Source of the DNA: Bugula neritina
Taxonomy: Eukaryota; Animalia; Bryozoa
Reading direction: 5' to 3'
Assembly (NCBI GenBank): GCA_964035545.1
Contig: OZ037765.1
Coordinates: forward strand, 29,573,504-29,637,503
Length of the DNA stretch: 64,000 nucleotides
The position numbers were made by a program, and so were the translations under genes. This document shows positions 54,742 through 64,000 of this stretch, one piece after another. Below the pieces are notes generated by a model. That model was not told where the DNA came from. It ran no database searches and saw only the letters and a list, made by a program, of their open reading frames with translations. How positions within the stretch are numbered: position 1 is the first letter of the stretch; each line of letters starts with the position of its first letter.

Positions 54742-57700
54742 ATGGAGGCAGCAGGGCCTGAGTTTACAGCTGTACACAAGCAGAAAACGGGGAGGAACTG
54801 GGTAACACCCACAGTTACAGCTTTAGCGTTGATCCTCTCTGTGGTGGCTCTCAGTCTAACTTGCTACATTGGAGTGAGATTGGTAGAAATTGAAGAAGAA
54901 CAGCGTCTTCTCAACTCAATCATCCAATCTCTAAATTCACAGGTCAAGCTTGTATTTATAGATTCATTGGCTATAAATTATAACCTATAGTTTGCATGTA
55001 TCCAATGCAGTCATTATGTTAATGGATTTAGTTTAGCTATCTTGCTATTTGAACCATCTTATATACATGTATTTCTAGGCAGCACCAGTGCATTCACTTA
55101 GCAAAAGAAGTGCCAACAGTGCAGCTGACCTTGAAGATGTTCTTACTCAGCTCACACCACGTAAGTTTCAGTTAGTTTTTCACAACACAGAGTAGAGCTT
55201 TTGAAGCATGTAAATACAATTAGCTTCTGTATATAACTGATGAGATATAGTATTAATATCATATTACATACCTTGCTTCTTCATTGGAGTTTTTGTGTTC
55301 AACTTTCTGTCAGAATTAAAATCAAGGAATAAAACAAAATATTTGAGCTGATTTGCTGTTATATAAACGGAGAGTGTGCAACACACTAATATAAAAGTGT
55401 CCTCGTATTCTTATGAATACACTTTTGTTTTGCAATAACATGACTTTTTTGTGACACTAGTGCTATCACCTAATGTTCCTATTATGATTAGAAATGTAGA
55501 AAAGGAAGTTATGTTCTCACGAATAGTTGTGCTAGTTGTCAACTGGCAGACCAAATGCTCGTACATTACACTATTTCTATATATATTTACTATAATGAGA
55601 TGGATACTAACTAACTCCGGCTATTCATCGTCATAATGTAAAATATTTAAGTCAAGGTAATATATTGTCTAAGAGAGGTCGGTATACTTAATATAATATT
55701 TACATGTTTACAGAGGACCTTTCCTTACTAAGAGGACCTCCAGGAAGAGATGGTAGAGATGGAAGAGATGGAAGAGATTGTGATTCAGATGAATTAGAAA
55801 AACTTGTAGCAATGGTTTTTAATGAATCAAAGAAGAGTGGTGAGACTTCATCTACTGCTGGCACTGCTACTGATAAAAGTCCACTGGGATCCTATGACAC
55901 AGGTGAAGTGTTACTGTCATATCTGTTCTATTTATAATATTTCTTCTCTATTTATGCGTGACATTAGTTAGTAAAATAATACAAATGTGTTAAATGAATA
56001 CATGTAGCGTGGAGAATATATCATTTGTACTAGGTATATTTATTCTGTATGTAGTTGTCCTTAAAGTTACAGTGTAAAAGTATATATTACACGGAACTGC
56101 AGATATTGCTTCATAGCTATATAGGAAGACAAAACATACGTCTATAAGCAGTTGATTTGGTTTACAGATAACTTGCTGCAGAGTTTCAATGAATCCATTG
56201 GTTTTGCATTGTTGAGGAAAATGCAGGCAACTTTAGCTAAACTGGAGGACATTGAAGAAGAACTTGACAGTCATCAGTCCGCTTCTCTTGAAGGTATTCC
56301 TTCTTTAAAGTTATATAATATGTCTGCACCATGTGTGTGTAAACAAAAATAAGTTGACTGCATTGCCATTTCACAATTATTTCTAGGTGTTATTACAATA
56401 TTTGGATGGTAATTGTAGCCGAAGTGTTGCTGGTGAGGTGTAAAGATTATGTATGCTGCTTATATGCAGCTGTTAGGTTCTGATTTGCTTAAAGAGCTCT
56501 AAAAAAATTTCTGCGGACCTCACGAGGTCATTCACGTAAAGAAAACACTGCTATAACAGCAATTATAGAATTCTATAAAGTCTTACATAAAAAGTCTTAC
56601 AAAATCTAAGCAATCTATATTAATATCCTCCATTATAATGTCTTGGTTCTTATCGAACCACATGCTGGGATGTTGGTATCATATGAAGCAAATATAACAA
56701 TATTGTGTATAATGACAATGTACATTTCAGATGATGATGATGTAAGTGATAGTCAACCAATCACAACTGTCATTGGAGGGTCAACTTATGTGAGGTGGGG
56801 TAGAACTACATGTGGGAACAACTCTCAATTATTATATGAAGGTTAAGTCATATTCATTAATAATTATATATATTAGATAAGTTCATTATAGTTCCTAATT
56901 AATTATATACATTTATTAAATGTGTTTTTTGTTTTTTCACATTCAGATGTTAATGCTAAGCGCTTATTTATTAATTTATTATTGATTTTTCTATATCTAC
57001 CTAAAATGAGAGTTCATGCAGAGGACAACATTTACTATTACTAATAGAAGAAATAAATAATGTGTGTAGCTGATTTCTTACATCAAACATGACAGTAGGA
57101 AAGACACCACTAATATAGACACTCATCTATATAATTATTCTTTCTAGTCACAATTACAGAGAACCTATATTGGTCTAAATTATCCCACTATTTGATTTCA
57201 TGGTCTTACAATATTACATGAATCACTATGCTTTCTCACTTGCTTAAATAAAATCTTTCAGGCTCAGCTCTCATAACCATATATGATTGGTGCTTCTAAA
57301 ACCGCTATTTGATGATCTACTGTTATCATCTACAGGTTTTGTTATGGGTTCCCACTATACTCATGATGGAGGAGCATCAAACTACCAATGTTTACCATTA
57401 AAACCAGAATATTCAACATACTCTGGTAGTACTGGTTCCTTGGTGTATGGTGCAGAATATGAAACTGCGTCTTCTATATTCCCCAGTGCTATGCAGAATC
57501 ACAATGTTCCCTGTGCAAGATGCTTTGCTGCAACAAGATCAGCAACTCTAATGATTCCAGCTAAGAGAACTTGTCCTCCATCTTGGACAAAGGTAAGACA
57601 ACTTCAAAATCAGCAAAGTATTGTATAAACTGAAATCAGTGAAGTATTATATAAGTTAATTGACATATATCAGCATCTCTTCAGCATTAAAGCATTGATA

Positions 57701-58001
57701 AGTATCTTTTGTAATGATTGTTAGTAAGTTATGTACTATATAATAGAATATGAAATCTTTGCATAGTATTTGTGTTTTGTATTTTTAGGAGTATGAAGGT
57801 TATTTAATGGCTGGCAGTACCATTCATAAGAGAGCTTATGCCTTCGAGTGTATGGATGCTGAACCTGAAGCAATTGCTGGCAGATCAAGAAATGAAGATG
57901 GTGCCTTGTTCTACTTCCAACAGGCAAGTTGCAGCTCTACAGGACACTGCCCACCGTATATTGAAAATGCTGAGCTAACTTGTGTTGTCTGTACCAAATA
58001 A
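54742..58001 (+). CDS. Cluster gene E: type II membrane short-chain collagen C4-like protein, 392 aa
   Basis: join(54742..54942,55079..55160,55714..55902,56168..56293,56731..56841,57336..57592,57789..58001) = 1179 nt, in frame. An upstream in-frame ATG lies at 54727. Confidence 0.92.
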
Positions 58002-58488
58002 TTGAGTTAATACAAAGTTGAACATATTTATGTTGGTGAACAAAAACCTGAATGCCTTAATTACTTATGCTTAGGGTTTACGTCAAAATGATATTTTACC
58101 TGTATGTGTACTTGAATGCGTTTTGTTTGTCACTATTTTTCGGCAGGCTTGCATGTGTGCTGCTTTTGACTCTAATAAAACTTCATTCTTACAAACAGCA
58201 AGTTATCTAAGTATTATTCAGTCACAGGTTGACTTTGCAACAGAGCAACAAAATAACCCAGTAAAAATATTCCGATGAGCTAAATAAATAGTATATAACT
58301 TAGAAATGATATTTACTTCTACTGAAACATGTCTATACAATATGCATTGTAATAAAACTACACTGTAAACCAATATACTTTGCTATTTTACGCATGTAAA
58401 CCAATATAATATATGGTTGACTCTTTTGACAAAAATTATTCAGTGATTGCCTCCCTCCCAACGCTTCAATAAGAACAAAGTATACAAT

Positions 58489-58617
<129 letters not shown>

Positions 58618-59066
58618 TAAAGAATGTTTTATAATGTTTATTAATTATTGTGTTCAGTGATAGTTATAAATCATTCCACATTTATAAAACCCAACAAGGA
58701 GGGCATGTGGCTACTGGCTAGATTTTGCATACCTTGTAATAAAGACTTGAATCATGCATTTTTGCTCTTGGAGGTAAAATCATTCATGCACATGCACATT
58801 ATAATTAGCAGCATCAAAATTCAGTATACAAAATATAAAATATCAAATTATATTGTTATCTTTACTGATGGTAATAGCAATATTGGAGCATATACATATA
58901 ATAAAAACAGTTATGTGATGTACATCATACTTTAAAGATCATGTAAAAATCAAAAATATTATTTGAATCAAAATTTATTTGTTGGGGAGGTTGTCTGTAG
59001 GATGCACCATCACCAAAATAGCTTATGAAGCTGACATAGCTATATGAACACTTTGAAAGTAAAGTG

Positions 59067-60546
59067 CACTTCTCTCAAAGGTATTCTTTCTTTAAAGTTA
59101 TATAAATTGTCTGCACAGTTCGTATTATGTGTATTGCGTGTATTGCGTGTATTGTGTGTGTGTGTGTGTCCGTGTGTGTGTGCGTGTGTGTGCGCGTGTG
59201 TGTGCGTGTGCGTGCGTGCGTGTGTGCGCGTGCGTGTGCGTGCGTGTGTGTGCGTGTGTGTGCGTGTGTGTGCGTGCGTGTGCGTGCGTGTGTGTGCGTG
59301 TGCGTGCGTGCGTGTGCGTGCGTGTGCGTGCGTGTGCGTGCGTGTGCGTGCGTGCGTGTGCATGCGTGTGTGTGCGTGTGTGTGCGTGTGTGTGCGTGTG
59401 TGAGTGAGGAAAATGCAGGAAACTTTAGCTAAACATGGATAGTGTTTACTGTTGATAGACTGAATGCAGATAAATTACAGATTTCGGCTATTTTTATGTT
59501 AATGAAATATATGGACAATAACATCTATGGCTACACATGCCTAGCTGTTTTCTTACATAAAACATGACAGTATGAAGGACACCACTAATATATAGACACT
59601 TATCTGCATGTATACCCTTTCAGATTGCTACACCAAAGTATTGATCAGTCAAAATTTCCTCTATTATTTTATTTCATAGGCTAGCAATAGTGCATAAACC
59701 CTTATTTTTCTCCCTTGCTCATAAATGCTTTTCAACTGATTCAACTTTCATGCATACATCCATATGATTGATGCTCTTAAATTTCCTTTGGTGTTCTATA
59801 CTGTTATTATTTATAGGTTTTGTTATTGGTTCCTACCATCTTCATGATTGAGAAGCATCAAACTACGAATGTTTACCATTAAAGCCAGAATATTCAACAT
59901 ACTCTGGTAGTGCTGGTTCCTTGGTGTATGGTGCAGAGTATCAAACTGGGTCTATGCAGGATCACAATGTTCCCTGTGCAAGATGCTTTGCTGCAACAAG
60001 ATCAGCAACTCTGATGATTCCAGCTAAGAGAACTTGTCCTCCATCTTAGACAAAGGTAAGACAACTTTAGAGTAATTAAGGGGTTATTTAGATTCTGAGT
60101 ATATATTTGCCTTGAATGTGTTATGGTAAAGATCTAATTTAAGATATTTTACCAATAAAAGAATAGAATAGGATTTACCACTTAAAGAATATTTTACCAT
60201 ATTGGGTGTTTTTAATAACATTGAAGCGGTAAATAATCCTTTTTTTCCTACTTGAATACATTGTTTGTTATATATTGCACCATCAATAAAATTCACTCTC
60301 ACATAACATTATTTGTACGTCTTCTATTTCTAGGAGTATGAAGGTTATTTAATGGCTGGCTATTACACTCAAAATAGAGCTTATGCCTTTGAATGTATGG
60401 ATGCTGAACCTGAAGCAATTGCTGGCAGATCAGGAGATGAAGATGGTGCCTTATTCTACTTCCAGAAAGCAAGTTGTGGCTCTACAGGACACTGTCCACC
60501 GTATATTGAAAGTGCTGAGCTAACTTGTGTTGTCTGTACCCAATAA
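59067..60546 (+). pseudogene. Cluster pseudogene G: exon-4 scraps, disabled exon 6, intact exon 7
   Basis: CACTTCTCTCAAAG|GTATTC (59067-59080) and GAGGAAAATGCAGG.AACTTTAGCTAAAC (~59406-59434). Exon 6 at 59817..60055 has an in-frame TGA, an internal deletion and TGG>TAG. Exon 7 at 60334..60546 is open. Confidence 0.88.
59153..59402. repeat. Compound (GT)/(GCGT) microsatellite, alternating purine-pyrimidine
   Basis: Mixed GT/GC dinucleotide run. Confidence 0.97.
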
Positions 60547-61626
60547 TTGAGTCAAAACCTCATATTTACACTGATCACTCAGTCACCTATAACAGACACG
60601 CATTTAAATCTTGCCACTAAGTGTAGGTGCATGTTACAAGAAACACTTTCTTATTAAATACTACTGTTATCTTTTTAAAAGTACAGGTTTTCTGTATTTA
60701 CTTGCAGGAATTATAATAGTTTGTCTATTCAATGCATACAGTAATAGACCTCTGAAAGTTTAGTTGCTGCTCTAGTTTAATCATAGACTGATACTGTATT
60801 GAAACAGATGTGACATGGAGTTAGTACAGAGTATATCTTGCTTAAAAGTTGTTTCAAACACTATAATAGAGGCTAAAGAATATCAGGTACTAACTATAGC
60901 TAAGATTATTCAGTGACTTGACTGTAGACAATGTTGCATAAAACTGTTCAATTATTACCTAATTGATGGGCGGATTGCCAGTCTAACAGTGGGTGAACAG
61001 TGCATTGCTACACAAATGGAGTTATCCTTTTTAACCAGAGGATCCAATAAGCCAAACAATGTTTTTCCAGTGTACTATTACGCTAATTGCCAGTTTTAGA
61101 TAGACTCACTGCATAGCATGCTCTCATATAGGCTTTTGGACAATCACTGGATAATTACAAAATATTTTGTACATACATTTAACTGCTCTAGTTGCATCAA
61201 ATAGGAAATGATATTAGTTTCACAGCAGTTTTGTTAATTATAATGCATAATATTATATATACTCGTACAAGTTTTAGCAAATATAAAAATCATTTGAGAG
61301 TATTGTGTTTATTTAGCTCATTCCAAGATTATTAATTTGTTAAGTTAAAATGCTGTTGCAAAGTCAACATGTGAATGAATAATGCTATGACTATTAATTG
61401 CTGCATGGGAGAATGAAGTAGTGTGTGTACAAAGTTTTATTACAGTTAAAAGCTGACTAACAAAATACACGGCCTTCTCAAATAAGTGTTGACCAACAAA
61501 AAACACCAAAGTATATATAAATAATATCTAGACATGAATAAAGGGGAATAGCTATGACTCATAAGAATAGGCGTGATATATGTACTACACACGCACGCAC
61601 AAAATTGCAAATATACATCAAGTCAA

Positions 61627-63998
<2,372 letters not shown>

Positions 63999-64000
63999 CT

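Overview
AT-rich, intron-containing DNA from an invertebrate animal; the species cannot be assigned from sequence alone. 1-14 kb holds the 5' (C2-domain) exons of a NEDD4-family HECT E3 ligase gene (ITCH/WWP1/Su(dx)-like, minus strand), a divergently oriented uncharacterised spliced gene, minisatellites, nested MITEs and a 280-bp zero-spacer palindrome. 15-64 kb is a dense tandem and inverted cluster of a 7-exon gene. It encodes a ~390-aa type II membrane protein: short cytoplasmic tail, TM helix, KR|S dibasic site, five Gly-X-Y triplets plus Cys, helical neck, and a 10-Cys C-terminal domain of the 'short-chain collagen C4'/spongin short-chain collagen NC1 type. I reconstruct five complete in-frame copies (A, B, C, E plus; D minus), one copy running off the right edge (F, minus) and several pseudogene or orphan-exon fragments. 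N-terminal exons are nearly identical between copies. Substitutions and indels concentrate in a few short loops of the C-terminal domain and are shared in a patchwork fashion, and copies lie as convergent (tail-to-tail) pairs. My best candidate for an undescribed system is therefore a diversifying, possibly shed, collectin/EDA-like recognition-protein array (function inferred). Inserted in the cluster are a Naiad-type Penelope-like retroelement with a 1.2-kb inverted duplication carrying two hammerhead ribozymes, a deleted hAT-Charlie transposon with nested MITEs, SINE-like elements and long microsatellites.
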